DNA from: Dictyostelium discoideum
Lineage: Eukaryota
Length of the DNA stretch: 64,000 bases
Assembly (NCBI GenBank): GCA_000004695.1
Contig: CM000151.3
Coordinates: 384,001 to 448,000 of the forward strand
Reading direction: 5' to 3'
The position numbers and the translations under genes are program-made. Numbering within the stretch: the stretch's first letter is position 1; each line of letters starts with the position of its first letter. Below the pieces are notes generated by a model. The model was not told the origin of the DNA. It was given only the letters and a program-made list of their open reading frames with translations, and made no database searches. Below are positions 43,867 through 56,349 of this stretch, piece after piece.

Positions 43867-45366
43867 GAGAATAAAGAAAAAGAGCATCACCATCATAAAG
43901 TACCTATTTTTGCCTATGTAATATTAGGATTTGCATTATTAGCAATGTCAAGTAGTGGTGTTGCATTAAAATCAATTGAAGCACCGCCACTTCTTAAAGC
44001 AAGTTGGAGACTTCAATCAACATCAATATTATTATTTTTTGGATTAATCTATGAAGTTACAATGATTTATAACTTTCATAAAAAGATTATACAAAAGTTA
44101 CCAAAATCTTTAATTTTATTATTACCAAATAAAATTTCAATTATTTATAATAATTTTGATAAATTAAAAGAAGAAGAAGAACAAGAACAAGAACAAAATG
44201 AAGATGAACAAAATGAAACAAATTACAATAATCAAAAAAAAGAAATTGAAAAAGAAAAAAATAAAGAAGAAATTAAAATTAAATTATTTCAAAGGAAAAC
44301 TATTTTAATTTTACTTGGTACAGGGATAATCCTTGGATTTCATTTTTCATTTTGGATTGTAAGTGCGATTTTTTAATTTTTCATTTTAGGTCGTAGATGC
44401 GATTTTTTAATTTTTTAATTTAATTAATTTATTATAATATAAAGATATCTTTAGATAAAACCACTTTAGCTCACAGTTTATTATTTGTAACTTCATCACC
44501 AATTATGATAGTTTTGGTAATGATAATAAGAAGAGCACCAATTTCAAAAGGTGAAATTATAGGTTGCATTTTAGGTTTTATTGGATTAATAATTACATTA
44601 TTCGATTCTTTATTTTTTAATAATAATAATAATAATAACAATAATGATGATAGTATTGGTAGTGGTAGTGGTAGTAGTAGTATTGGTAGTGGTAAATCTA
44701 ATCAAAATCCAACAGTATATGGTGACTTTTTAGCATTAATGGGTGCAGTATGTATTGTTTTTTATTTATTTGCAGGTTCATTACTTAGAAAATGGATGCC
44801 ATTATTTTGTTATGCATTTCCTGTAACTTTTATAGCTTCAATATTCTGTTCAATTGCATCATTAATTTTTGAAGAAACAGATTTATTCATATTTGGTTGG
44901 GTTTCAAAATCTTTTATATTATTAACTTGTTATTTAGCTGGTAAGTTTTGATTTTTTATTTTATTTTCTTATCATTTTAAAATTAATTTAATTAACTTTT
45001 TTTTTTTTAAAAAAAATACAAATAAATTTAAAATAGTTTTCCCTGGATTTATTGGGCATACGGGAATGAACGCGATTATTAAATATATTGAACCTGTTGT
45101 TGTAAGAATTTTATTTTATTTTTAATTTTAGTTTTCTTTTTTTTTTCTTTTTTTTTATTTTTTTTTTTTTATTAATAATAAAACAATTTTTAAAAATTTA
45201 TAAATCTATAGATTAGTGTTACATTATTATTAGAACCTCCAATTGGATCATTAATGGGATACGTAGTTGGTGTTGAAGGTTTACCAACATTTTTTACATT
45301 CATTGGTGGTCCTTTCATTATTGGTGGTTGTTTATTAGTAACAATTTCATCACATCTCAGAAATAA

Positions 45367-45452
<86 letters not shown>

Positions 45453-45466
45453 CACAACAAAACTAA
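43690..45466 (+). CDS. EamA/DMT-superfamily (drug/metabolite transporter-like) multi-pass membrane protein; 4 exons; N-terminal poly-Asn and C-terminal poly-Gln
   Basis: Exons are 43690-44358, 44445-44940, 45037-45101 and 45212-45466. Donors are GTAAGT, GTAAGT, GTAAGA and every acceptor is AG, with phases consistent. TM-rich blocks (VPIFAYVILGFALLAMSSSGVALKSIEAPPLLKASWR; IIGCILGFIGLIITL; YGDFLALMGAVCIVFYLFAGSLLRKW; FPGFIGHTGMNAIIKYIEPVV; GYVVGVEGLPTFFTFIGGPFIIGGCLLV) fit two EamA repeats. (CAA)29 at 45371-45460 encodes Q-run. Confidence 0.6.
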
Positions 45467-45592
45467 ATATTAATAATAATAATAGTATAATGAATATTAA
45501 TAATAGAATAAAGAACAACACTAATTAATTTTACGATGTTGTCAAATTTCAATCTATTCATATGAAATTTTCTTCCAAAAAAGGTTTTATTC

Positions 45593-45642
<50 letters not shown>

Positions 45643-45751
45643 GAATTTTAAATAATTGATAAAAAAAAAAAAAAAAAAAAAACCAAATAAAAGTAGTATA
45701 AACCATTTCTTTTCTCAAACCTTTTAAAATCCTAAAAGCCTATCTTAATTA

Positions 45752-45773
45752 GGAAATAGCTATTTCCATATGG
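45752..45773. promoter_or_regulatory. Perfect 16-bp palindrome GGAAATAGCTATTTCC abutting the palindromic CCATATGG, in the intergenic region between the DMT transporter and the small Pro/Gln-rich ORF
   Basis: Seen directly. It is a GC-richer motif in an A/T desert, about 280 bp upstream of ORF 46036. Confidence 0.25.
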
Positions 45774-46035
45774 AAAGAAAAAAAAAAAATTAAAAAAATT
45801 AAAAAAAAAAATTAAAAAAATTAAAAAAAAAAAAATTTCGAAAAAGTTTCTAAAAATGGTAAAAAGAAAAAAAAAAAAAAATTTAGAAATTAATAATAAA
45901 ATGTATTTTTTTTTTTTTTCCTCTGTAATTATTTTCAAAAACAATAAATAATAAATAATAGATAAAAAAAATATCTAAACAAATTAAAATTTTTCAAATT
46001 TCAAATAAAGAAATAAAAATAAACCTAAAGAAAAA

Positions 46036-46353
46036 ATGAGAAGAAGAGGACCAATGAGAAGAGGACCAGTTATAGTTGCACCAAGAAGGGGTGTAGGTTT
46101 AGGTACATTAGCAGCTGGTGTTGGTGTTGGTATGTTAGCATCAAGTGCTTCACGTCCCCATTATGCACCTCCACCACCACCACCACCACAACAAGTAATT
46201 CATACATATCAACAACTACCTCCACAAGTAATTGTTCAACAACCAGGAGTTCAACCTCAAATGATATTCGATCCAGCAACAGGACAATACTATCAAGTTG
46301 CTCAACCACCTATTGTTCAAACTACAACTGTCCAAAATCCTTATGGATATTAA
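46036..46353 (+). CDS. Small (105 aa) Arg/Gly N-terminal, Pro/Gln-rich protein, hypothetical
   Basis: GC-richer, codon-biased ORF: MRRRGPMRRGPVIVAPRRGVGLGTLAAGVGVGMLASSA...PPPPPPPQQVIHTYQQLPPQVIVQQPGVQPQ... Confidence 0.4.
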   Translation: MRRRGPMRRGPVIVAPRRGVGLGTLAAGVGVGMLASSASRPHYAPPPPPPPQQVIHTYQQLPPQVIVQQPGVQPQMIFDPATGQYYQVAQPPIVQTTTVQNPYGY

Positions 46354-46598
46354 ACAAATTTGAACAAAACTAAATAATAATAATAATAATAATAGTAATA
46401 AAAAAAAAAAATTAAAAAAATTAAAAATTAAAAATTAAATCAAAATCTGCAAATTAATAAATAAATAAATAATAAATATTTTTAAAAAATTAAAATTTAT
46501 ATATATTTATATTTTTTTTTTTGTTTTAATACTTAAAAAATAAAAGAAAAAAATATATAATTTATTATTATTATCTAAGTTTTTTTTTTTTTTTTTTT

Positions 46599-48413
46599 TT
46601 ATGAATCTTCGCCAGTTAAATATTTGAGAGAAAGTTTTGCATTTTTAACAGCAGAAGGAACATCATCGAATTGAAGTGAACTGATTACCCATTTAGAATA
46701 TTTCTCAGCACTTGCTTTATCGGTATCAGATGGTGTATGATTTAAGTTCATTGACATATTGCCACCTCCACCGCCACCGCTCATTAATTGTTTTTGTTGT
46801 TGTTGAATTTGTTTTTGAAGTAGTTGGATTTGTTGTTGTTGTTGTTGAAGTTGTTGTTGTTGAAGTTGAATTTGTTGTTGTTTTTGTTCCACCTCATCTT
46901 GTAACATTTGATTTTGATGTTTTTGTTTTTGAATAGTTAAATTTTGTTGAGCAACTTGTTGTTGATATTTAATTAAAGCTTCATTATCATGACTATTGTG
47001 ATGTTGTTGTGGTGGTGACTGTTTATGTTGTTGTGGTGGTGATTGTTTAAATTCGTATGCTGGTGGTGGTGGTTGATTATATTCATTATTGTGACTATTT
47101 GAAGGGAATTTTGGGAATGAAGATGAAGTTGATTTTTGTTGTTGTTTTTCACTATAATCTTCCACTTCTTCTTGCTCTTCTTCTTCATCACTTTCAAATA
47201 CTTGTCTCTTTTGATTTGTAGAATTTGGAAATGTTGGGAATGATGGTTGTTGACTATTATTATTATTATTATTACTATTGGTTGGTGATGTGAAAGATGG
47301 GAAAGAAGGGAATGATGGTTGTTGACTATTATTACTACTACTATTGGTTGGTGAAGGTGTTGATGGAAATTTAGGGAAAGAAGGTGCGCTATCAGAATTG
47401 GTTGTTGTTGGTGGTGATGGGAATGATGGAAATGATGGAAATGCTGGTTTATTATTATTACTATTATTATCTGAATTAGTTGGTGATGGGAATGATGGGA
47501 ATGAAGGGAATGATGGTGTAGTATTATTATTATTATTATTATTATTTGGAATTGAAGGGAAAGATGGGAAAGAAAGTGATGATGACATACCTTCACTAAC
47601 ACTATTAGTTGTAATTATGGTTGATGATGACATATTATTATTATTATTATTATCTTGTTGTAAAGTTGCTTTTGCTAAATTTAATTCCATTTCTAATTGT
47701 TTCAATTGTGCATCCTCTTCAGTTTCTCCACTTGCTCCACCTTCTTCATTTTGGTCAATTGATGGTGGTGGTGATGGTGCAACACCGTTTTTAATTGCTG
47801 TATTGATATCAACAGATCTCCAACTTGCATACTTTTTCTTTAATTTAACTTCTTCACTAACTTCACCCATATGTTCTAAAACATTAAAAAATAAAAATGC
47901 TGAATAAAATGTTGTTGATGTTGCTCTAATAATTTAAATTTAAAAAAAAATATTAATAAATTTACTATTCATTTACTTTTTTTTACTTTTTTTACTTTTT
48001 TTTTTCTACATACTTATTTGCTTTACCGGCACGATCTTGAGTATCAGCAAATGAAAATGCTTTCATAGCAAATGCTTCTACATATTTTGCTTCATCTTCT
48101 TCATCTAATCTTGATCCTAATTTTGCTTTATCCTATATAAATTTTTTTTTATTAAAATTTATTTAAATTATTTTTTAAAAAAAAAATAAATAAATAAAAA
48201 ACTTACAGCATCACCTTGATCTAAAATTTTAACAATTGGTATACTAAGGAATGAACCTGATGCACCCATTTTTTGTTTTATATCCATTGCCATTTGTATT
48301 GCATGAACTCTACAATAATATGCCATAAGTAAATCATGTTTTTCTAATTGTTGTGATTGTTTTAAGTATGGTATAATTGGTTTTAATGCTGGTGGTAAAC
48401 TTGCTAAATCCAT
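46599..48413 (-). CDS. vta1: Vta1 ortholog (ESCRT/Vps4 cofactor, LIP5/Vta1 family); 3 exons, with a greatly expanded low-complexity linker
   Basis: Minus-strand exons are 48413-48207 (MDLASLPPALKPIIPYLKQSQQLEKHDLLMAYYCRVHAIQMAMDIK...ILDQGDA), 48132-48014 (DKAKLGSRLDEEDEAKYVEAFAMKAFSFADTQDRAGKANK) and 47925-46599 (ATSTTFYSAFLFFNVLEHMGEV...). Donors are GTAAGT and GTATGT; acceptors are AG. This aligns with human VTA1 at LPPALKPIQPFL...RDPVVAYYCRLYAMQ, ALKMFLYADNEDRAGRF and SFYTASLL. The C-terminal VSL-like end is KASAEKYSKWVISSLQFDDVPSAVKNAKLSLKYL. The linker holds PSFPSFPSFPSP repeats and a poly-Q coiled region. Confidence 0.75.
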
Positions 48414-48757
48414 ATTTTTTTTTTTTTTTTGCAAATAAATAAAGTTTGAAAGGGAAAATTAAAGTTATATATATATATAAATATATATAAATATTATATA
48501 TATAAATATATTAAAATAAAAGAATAAGAAAAAGAAAAAAAAAAATTGAAAAAAAAAAAAAAAAAAATTGATATTTGTAAAAAAAATTTAAATTAAATTT
48601 AAAAAAAAAAAATTAAATAAAAAAAAAAAAAAAAATAAAAATTAAAAAAGTGAGTAAAAACAAAACTCATTTTTTTGGGAGATTTAATATTTAGAAATAA
48701 AATATTTATTCTTTTTTATTATAATTGTATATATATATATATAAATAGTTTTTGAAT

Positions 48758-48788
<31 letters not shown>

Positions 48789-48795
<7 letters not shown>

Positions 48796-49745
48796 GTTGG
48801 TGTTAAAGTTAACATAATACAACCATGTGGTGGAATTAAAGAATCACTTTCATAAGATTCAGTAAAAGTTCCAAGATTTGTTTGAGTCCATAAATTTCTA
48901 ATTGATAATTGTTGAGATGGCTCCATCCAAATATTGCCCCATAATAATTCAATAGTGGCTGGATTAGTATCGGTATTGAATAAAACTACAGCTCTAGCAC
49001 CATTTGATAAAGGTTTAGCCCAAATTTGTTGTAAACCACCATTATATGATTTAACCAATGATCCTTGTACACCTAATGGATCTTGATTAATTGCAATGAC
49101 TTCAGAGGCTGTTAAAATTGATAATGTCTCTTGATCAATATCAATCAAGTCACATCCTGCAATGAGTGGGGCATTCAATAAGGACCATAAGGAAAAGTGT
49201 GACACGTACTCTGTGTTGGACATACCACCATTGCCAACCATCATCATGTCAGGGTCGTTGAAACCACCGATACCCGAGAAGGAGGTGATTGGTGCTTGTG
49301 CCATAAGGTTGGAGAGCATGCTGTCCCAATTGTCTTTAATATCTGGTGTAGTTCTCCAAGAGTTGCCGACACTCATACCAAAAGTCCAAGGATTCTCATA
49401 ACCCCAATCACAGAGTGAAAAGAACATTGGTCTACCAGTTGCATTTAATGCTTGTGACATAATTTGATAACGTTGTTGTGGATTCTCCAATGTAGCATAA
49501 CACCAATCTTCCTTAACATAATCAATACCCCATTCTGCGTAAGTTTGTGCGTCATTAGCTTCATATCCATAACTACCAACTCTCTTTTGACATGTTTCAG
49601 TACCAGCATCAGTATAAATACCAATCTTTAATCCTAAAGAATGTATATAATCTGCAACATATTTAATACCATTTGGGAAATTAGTTGGATCACTTAAAAA
49701 AAAAAAAAAAAAAAAAAATTAGGATATTTTTTTTTTGGGAATTTG

Positions 49746-49780
<35 letters not shown>

Positions 49781-50039
49781 CTTACGCATAAACAGTACCA
49801 TTTGGATATCTACCACCAGCCCAACAATCATCAATGTTAACATATGTATAACCAGCGTCAGCCATACCATTTGATACCATTGCTTTGGCAGTGTTCATGA
49901 TAACGGATTCATTGATATTACATGCATAGAAATTCCAACTACTCCAACCCATTTGTGGTGTTAAAGCTAAACCATTATCCAAAGCATTTACTGTTGCTAA
50001 TGCAATTGTTGCTAATAAAGTTGCAGCAATTTTCATCAT
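48789..50039 (-). CDS. Secreted alpha-galactosidase (melibiase) / alpha-N-acetylgalactosaminidase, glycoside hydrolase family 27; 2 exons
   Basis: Exon 1 is 50039-49786 (minus). It holds the signal [19 protein letters not shown], then [23 protein letters not shown]...YVNIDDCWA, the GH27 catalytic signature. A GTAAGT donor and a 93-nt intron follow. Exon 2 is 49692-48789, continuing [34 protein letters not shown]...YVKEDWC... to the stop. Confidence 0.8.
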
Positions 50040-50641
50040 TTTTTTTTTTTATTTTATTTCTTTAAAAAAATTTAGAATGAATAAAAAATAATAAAAAAAA
50101 AAAAAAATGAAAAAAAAAAAAAAATAAAAAAAAATTCAATTTTAACTTTTTTTTTATAAAATTGATTGAAAATATCTAAATTTTATTTTTTTATTTTTTT
50201 TTTTTTAAATTTCAATTTTATTCACAAGCATGGTATCCCAATCAAAAATACTGGTGGGAAAAATGAAAAAAACCAAAAGATATTACAAACAAATCGGTCA
50301 AGCTTGAAGAAAAAAAAAAAAAAAAAAAAAAAATGAAAAAATGAAAAATAAATAAATCACTAAAAAAAATAAAAAAAAAATTTAGTAACAAAAGATATTT
50401 TGATAACAATTGTTGGAAACGTCTTAAAGTCGAACTTAATTTTTTTTTATTTTGTTATTTGAAAATGATGATGATGGCATTATTTTTATTTTATTTTTTT
50501 TTATTTTTTTTTAATTTTTTTTTTTTGACACTTTTAAAATTTTCAAGACGTCCAAAAAATTATTTTTTTATTTACGAATTTTTTTTTTTTTTCCTCTAAA
50601 GTTAATCATTACACTGTTATAATATTTACTTCTTATTTAGA

Positions 50642-50675
<34 letters not shown>

Positions 50676-50922
50676 AAATAAAAAATGATAATAAAAATAA
50701 AAAGATAAAAGTATAAAAAATAAAAAAAGATAATATTATTAATTATAATAATAATAATAACCAGGCGAAAAATAATAAAATTAAAATAAAATAATAGTCA
50801 AAATGAAAAAATAGGTTATTTTCAAACAGAATTCCTAAAAAAAAAATAAAAAAAAAAAATAAAATAAAAAAATAAAAATATATTAGGGGAAAATAGTAAA
50901 CACACAATTTTGGTGAAATTAT

Positions 50923-50957
<35 letters not shown>

Positions 50958-51144
50958 GGTTTATTAAGCTATAATTCACCTGATTAAGGTGGGCATCACC
51001 GCGGCTTTATCACTATTTTGTGTGTGAAAGCATGCTTTGAATATTTCAGCCAACATTCAAAATTTTTTTTTTTAAAAAAAAAAATTTTAAAAAAAAATAA
51101 AATAAAAATAAAAATAAAAAAACAATAAATAAAAAAATATATTT

Positions 51145-51191
<47 letters not shown>

Positions 51192-51996
51192 GTTAATTTT
51201 ATTTTTATTTTTTTAATTTATTTTTTTTTTTTTTTTTTTTCATTACATTTAATTCTGTTCTATTCCTTTCTCAACAATACTTTTTTGTTCATTTTTCCCA
51301 AAAAAAAAGAACAACAACCTTTTTTTTCATATTTTTTTTTATAGTTCGCCGATTTCCCAACCTTGTTTTTTTTTTTATTTTATTTTATTTTTTTTTTTTG
51401 TTCATTTTTCCTTTTTCTATTTTTTTCAATATTTGCTCTTGTGTTTAAAAAAAAAAAATAAAATAAAATAAAAACACTCACAAAAAGTATACCACACACA
51501 CCCACTCAAACAGTATCAATCATTATTATAATTTAAAAAATTAATTTTATTTAAATTAAAATAATAAAAATAATAAAAATAATAATAATAACAAAAACAC
51601 AAAAAAAAAAAAAAAAAAACAAAAAAATAAAAAATAAAAAAAAAAAAAAATTTATTATAATTGTCAATAATAAATTTGTTACTACTATACTCAGCAACAT
51701 ATATATTAAATGTTAATTTAAGTGTGATTTTTTAATTTTTATTTATTTTATTATTTTAATTTATTTTTTTTTTTTTTATAAAAAAAAAAAATAATTTAAT
51801 TTTTTTTTTAAGTACAAATTACATTTATAAAAAACACTCTACACTATCAAGTTTTTATTTTTATTTATTTTTAGTAGTTACACCATTATATATATTTTAA
51901 TATATGTATAAAAAAAAAAAAAAAAAAAAAACAATAATAACAAAATAATAAAATAATAAAATAAACAATATATATTTAAATAATAAATAATCAAAA

Positions 51997-54658
51997 ATGT
52001 TTAGGAATAATAATAACGATAATAATAATAATGATAATGGCTTTGATGATGAAAATAAAGGTATTTTCTTAGATAGTAAGATAGAGATTAGTGATGAAAC
52101 GTCATTAATTCATAAACCTTATCATGATGATTACGACGAAAATGGATTAATCAATAATAATAATAATAGTCATAATAATAATAATGGTGGTAACAATAAC
52201 AACCATGGTCCATCAAAAGTTACTCATAGAAGAGGTAAACATACATTCACAGAAGCAGATAAATTAAAAATGACAAAATTTGAAGTAAGTAAATAATTAT
52301 AATAATTATAATTATATTATAAAATTTTAATAATTTATTTATTTATTTATTAAGAGTTTAGATTTTCCAATTATTGATAATCAAATTTATAGAGAATATA
52401 TAAGAAGGACATCAAAATTAAATCATATGTTAAAAACATTTGGTAAATGGATAATTTGTTTTATGATTGGTGTATTAGTTGGTATAACGGCATATTTGGT
52501 TAAACAAAGTGTTGAATTTGTAAATGAATTCAAATTTGATCAATCAGGAAAATATTTAGAAGATGAAAGAAAGTTTATAGCATTTTTAGTTTATTATTCA
52601 ATCAATATATTATTTGGTGTTAGTGCATCATTGGTTATTATACCAGTGGGTCAAATCGCATCGGGTTCAGGTATACCAGAGGTAAAGGGTTATTTGAATG
52701 GTATACGTATTCCTCAATCGATGAATGTGAAAACATTGGTTGGTAAATTGGTGTCATTAATACTCGCCTACTCTAGCGGACTAATATTGGGACCTGAGGG
52801 ACCGATGATTCACATTGGAAGTATGTTGGGTGGAGCAATTGGCCAAGTTAAATCAAAAACATTGAAATGGTATCCCAAGGTGCTTTGGAAGTACCATAAC
52901 GACCGTGACAGAAGAGACTTCATATCAACTGGTGCTGCTGCTGGTGTCGCCGCTGCTTTTGGTGCACCCATTGGCGGTGTTTTGTTTGGCTTTGAAGAGG
53001 CTTCATCATTTTGGTCACGTCAATTAACTTGGAGAACTTTCTTTGCTTGTTTAATCGCCACATTCACCACCAATATCATTCTACAGGGTTTCGATATGCA
53101 ACTTCATGACTATGGTGTATTGAAATTTGGTCTCTCCAATAAATATCTTTACAAATATTCAGAGTTAATTCCATTCGCATTGATAGGTGTTGCAGGTGGT
53201 TTATTCGGTGCATTATTTGTCAATTTAAATGCACATTTATCTCAATGGAGAAGTAAATTCTTTGCAAATAAAAAGATTTATTTACGTGTTTTAGAGGTTT
53301 TCATTTTAATTACAATTACATCAACCATTTTATATTGTTGTGCAGCTTTTACACCATGTCGTTCAAAAACTCAGGCAAATGGTTCACAAACAAATTCTTT
53401 AGATACCTCATCCTCCTCAATTTTATCATCATCAGGTGATAATTCAAAAAATTCAACAAAACTTTTTAAATTATTAAATAATGCAAGTGGTGAAGATAAA
53501 CAAGAAGATAAATTCATTGCATTCTTTTGTGAACAAGGTGAATATAATCAAATGGCAGGTTTATCATTTAATAGTTTAGATGCAGCATTACGTTTATTAT
53601 TTAGTACAAGTACCGATATTTTCACAATACCAACTTTAGCAGTATTTTCCTTGATTTCATTCATTTTAACTACAATCACTAGTGGTTTAATGTTGGCAAG
53701 TGGTTTATTCATTCCAATGATGTTAGTTGGTGCTACCTTTGGTAGATTGGTTGGTCAAGTGATTGCATTATTCGTATCTGTGGATCCATGTATCTATGCT
53801 TTGGTTGGTGCTTCAGCTATGATGGCAGGTTTTTCACGTATGACCATTTCCTTGGCAATTATTATGGTGGAATTAACAGAGGGTACACAATATATGCTTC
53901 CTGTGATCTTATCAGTTATGATTGCCAAATGGGTTGGTGATTTCTTTAATGAATCCATTTATGAACATTTAATTGAACAGAAATGTTATCCATTCCTTCA
54001 ATCACAACCTCCAAAATCAATGATCAAATTGGGTGTAGTCGATATTATGAAGACTGAAGTCGTGACATTGCATGAGGTGGAGCGTGTTAGCAAGGTTATT
54101 GAAGTATTGAAGTCAGAACAACATTTCCACAATGGCTTCCCAGTTATTGAACGTCCAAGACCACTCGATCCAAATAGGAAGGATGCTTATGGCAATTTAG
54201 AATACTATGAAGATGAAACCACCTATAGTGGTTTAATATTACGTAATCAATTGATTTGTTTACTCTATTATAGAATCTTTTGTCATGAACAACCATTACC
54301 TCAAAATCCACGTTTACTTGGAGGCAATTCAAATAGACGTTACAATCAACGTCGTTTTGGTCGTCCAACCGAATATGGCTACGCTCCTGCTGATCCAAGA
54401 ATGACCTATGAACTAATGACTCAATCATTGGCAAGACATTTCCCACCAATCGATAAAATGAACCTTAAAAAAGAAGAGATCGAAACAATGTATATCGATC
54501 TTAGACCCTATATGAATCTAAGTACAATCGTTGCAAATGAAACTTATTCCTACTCGGAAACTTATTCAATTTTTAGAACTATTGGTCTTAGACATTTACC
54601 TGTTGTAAATAAAAAGAATGAAGTTGTTGGTATTGTAACAAGAAAAGATCTTTTATAA
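51997..54658 (+). CDS. CLC-family voltage-gated chloride channel / Cl-/H+ antiporter with a C-terminal CBS pair; 2 exons
   Basis: Exon 1 is 51997-52284 (Asn-rich N-terminus), then a GTAAGT donor and an AG acceptor at 52353-54. Exon 2 is 52355-54658. CLC selectivity-filter motifs are GSGIPEVKGY, GPEGPMIHIG and GGVLFGFEEASSFW. The C-terminal CBS-like regions are VVDIMKTEVVTL and GLRHLPVVNKKNEVVGIVTRKDLL. Confidence 0.85.
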
Positions 54659-56349
54659 AAATTAAAAAATAAAAAAAAAAAGAAATATAAAAAAATAAAA
54701 TAAAACAATTAAAAAATAATAATAATAATAAATAATAAAAATAAAAAGATATTTTAGTTAAAAGTAATTTAAAATTGTAAAGTGTTTTTTATTTATTTTA
54801 AAAAGGTAAGATTGATTGATCACCTTATTTTTTTTTTTTAAAAAAAAATAAAAAAAAGTTTAAAAACAACATGAGTTACAAAATTGTTAAAAAAAGATGA
54901 TGAACAAATATGACTCTAACGACTTGTGTGAAACTACCTTGGAAAGTGACATAAAATGCTTTTTCATCCTTTTATTAGTTCAATCATAATTACTATGGGA
55001 ATTAATGGTATTTTTTTTTTTCTTTTTTAAAAATTAAAATTTGGAATGTTGGTACCGTTTGGCTCACTATTTAAATTGAAAAAAATAGTGATTCTTTTAT
55101 AGTACTCGGGATCTCGGTATGTTTTGGCGAAAATATCACATCGCGAAATTGCTAGTAACTTATCGATGGCAAAAACAATCCTTGCTTTTTGATCTACCTT
55201 TTTAATTTTTTAAAGCATTGTTTTAATATTATCTTTTGAAAACTTAATGTTATGGGTCAAATATTCGTTTTTTTATTTTCGTTTTTTTAAAAAAAACATT
55301 TATTTTTATTTTTTTTTTTTTTTTTTTTTTCAATTTTTCAATTTTTTTTAAGTTGTTTAAAAAATAAAATTCCCTTTATGGTCGTCACATTTTATTTTTT
55401 ATCATTTATAATATTTTATTATAATTTTTATTATTTTTTTCTTTTTTTTTTTTTTTTTTCTTTTTTGATTTCTTTTTTTGAGATATTTTGGGCTCGTCGG
55501 AATTTTAAAAATTATAAAAAAAAAAAAGAAAAAAAAAAAAAGAAAAAAAATTCAAAGGTTATAAAAAATTTAAAGTCTGAATTTTAATAATTAAATAATA
55601 TATATATATATATATATACTCTTTCTTATATTTTCTTTTTTTTTATTTTTTTTTATTAACAATAATAAAGTTAATAAATATATTTTTTTTTTTTTATATT
55701 TTTTTTTTTCAATTTCTTGGTTTAAGCATTTTTGGCCAAACTATAAATAAAAAAAAAAATGGGTTTTTTATTAGTTTCCAAGAAAACAAAGTCGCTTTTC
55801 AAAAAAATAATTTAAGCATCAAAGTCGCTGATCAGGTTTTTTTTTTTTTTTTATTTTCTTTGATTAATCCCCACAGACCGGTATTTTATCAAATTTGCAA
55901 CCAGAAGTTCAAAATATACAAAAAAAAAAAATTCCCATGGCTTTTTTTACTGTTTTTTTTTAAAAAATTTAATTTTTTTTTAATTTTTTTTATTTTTTTT
56001 TTGAATTTTTTAATTTTTTTTATTTTTATTTTTTTTATTTTTAATCATTTTAATGTGTTACTATTTGTGTGTGTAAAAAAAAAAAAAAATAAATAAATAA
56101 TATTTAAAAAAATAAAAAATAAACAGTTTTTTTTTTTTCACACATCAAAATTATTATTATAAAAACAAATTTTTTTTTTTTTTTATTCATTTCATTTATT
56201 CCATCATCAACAACATCATCATCGTCATCATAAATAAAAAAAAAAAAAACCAACAATAACAACAACAAAAACAACAACAATAACAACAAAAACAACTTGT
56301 ATTATTAATATTATTTATTTATTTTATAAATTTTAAAAAATTTTCAAAA

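Noticed and set aside
46070-47907. Several overlapping ORFs on both strands (46070-46309, 46712-46936, 46973-47602, 47344-47907)
   Set aside because: They are low-complexity shadow ORFs of the Pro/Gln-rich small gene and of the vta1 linker region. The vta1 frame is supported by homology at both ends.
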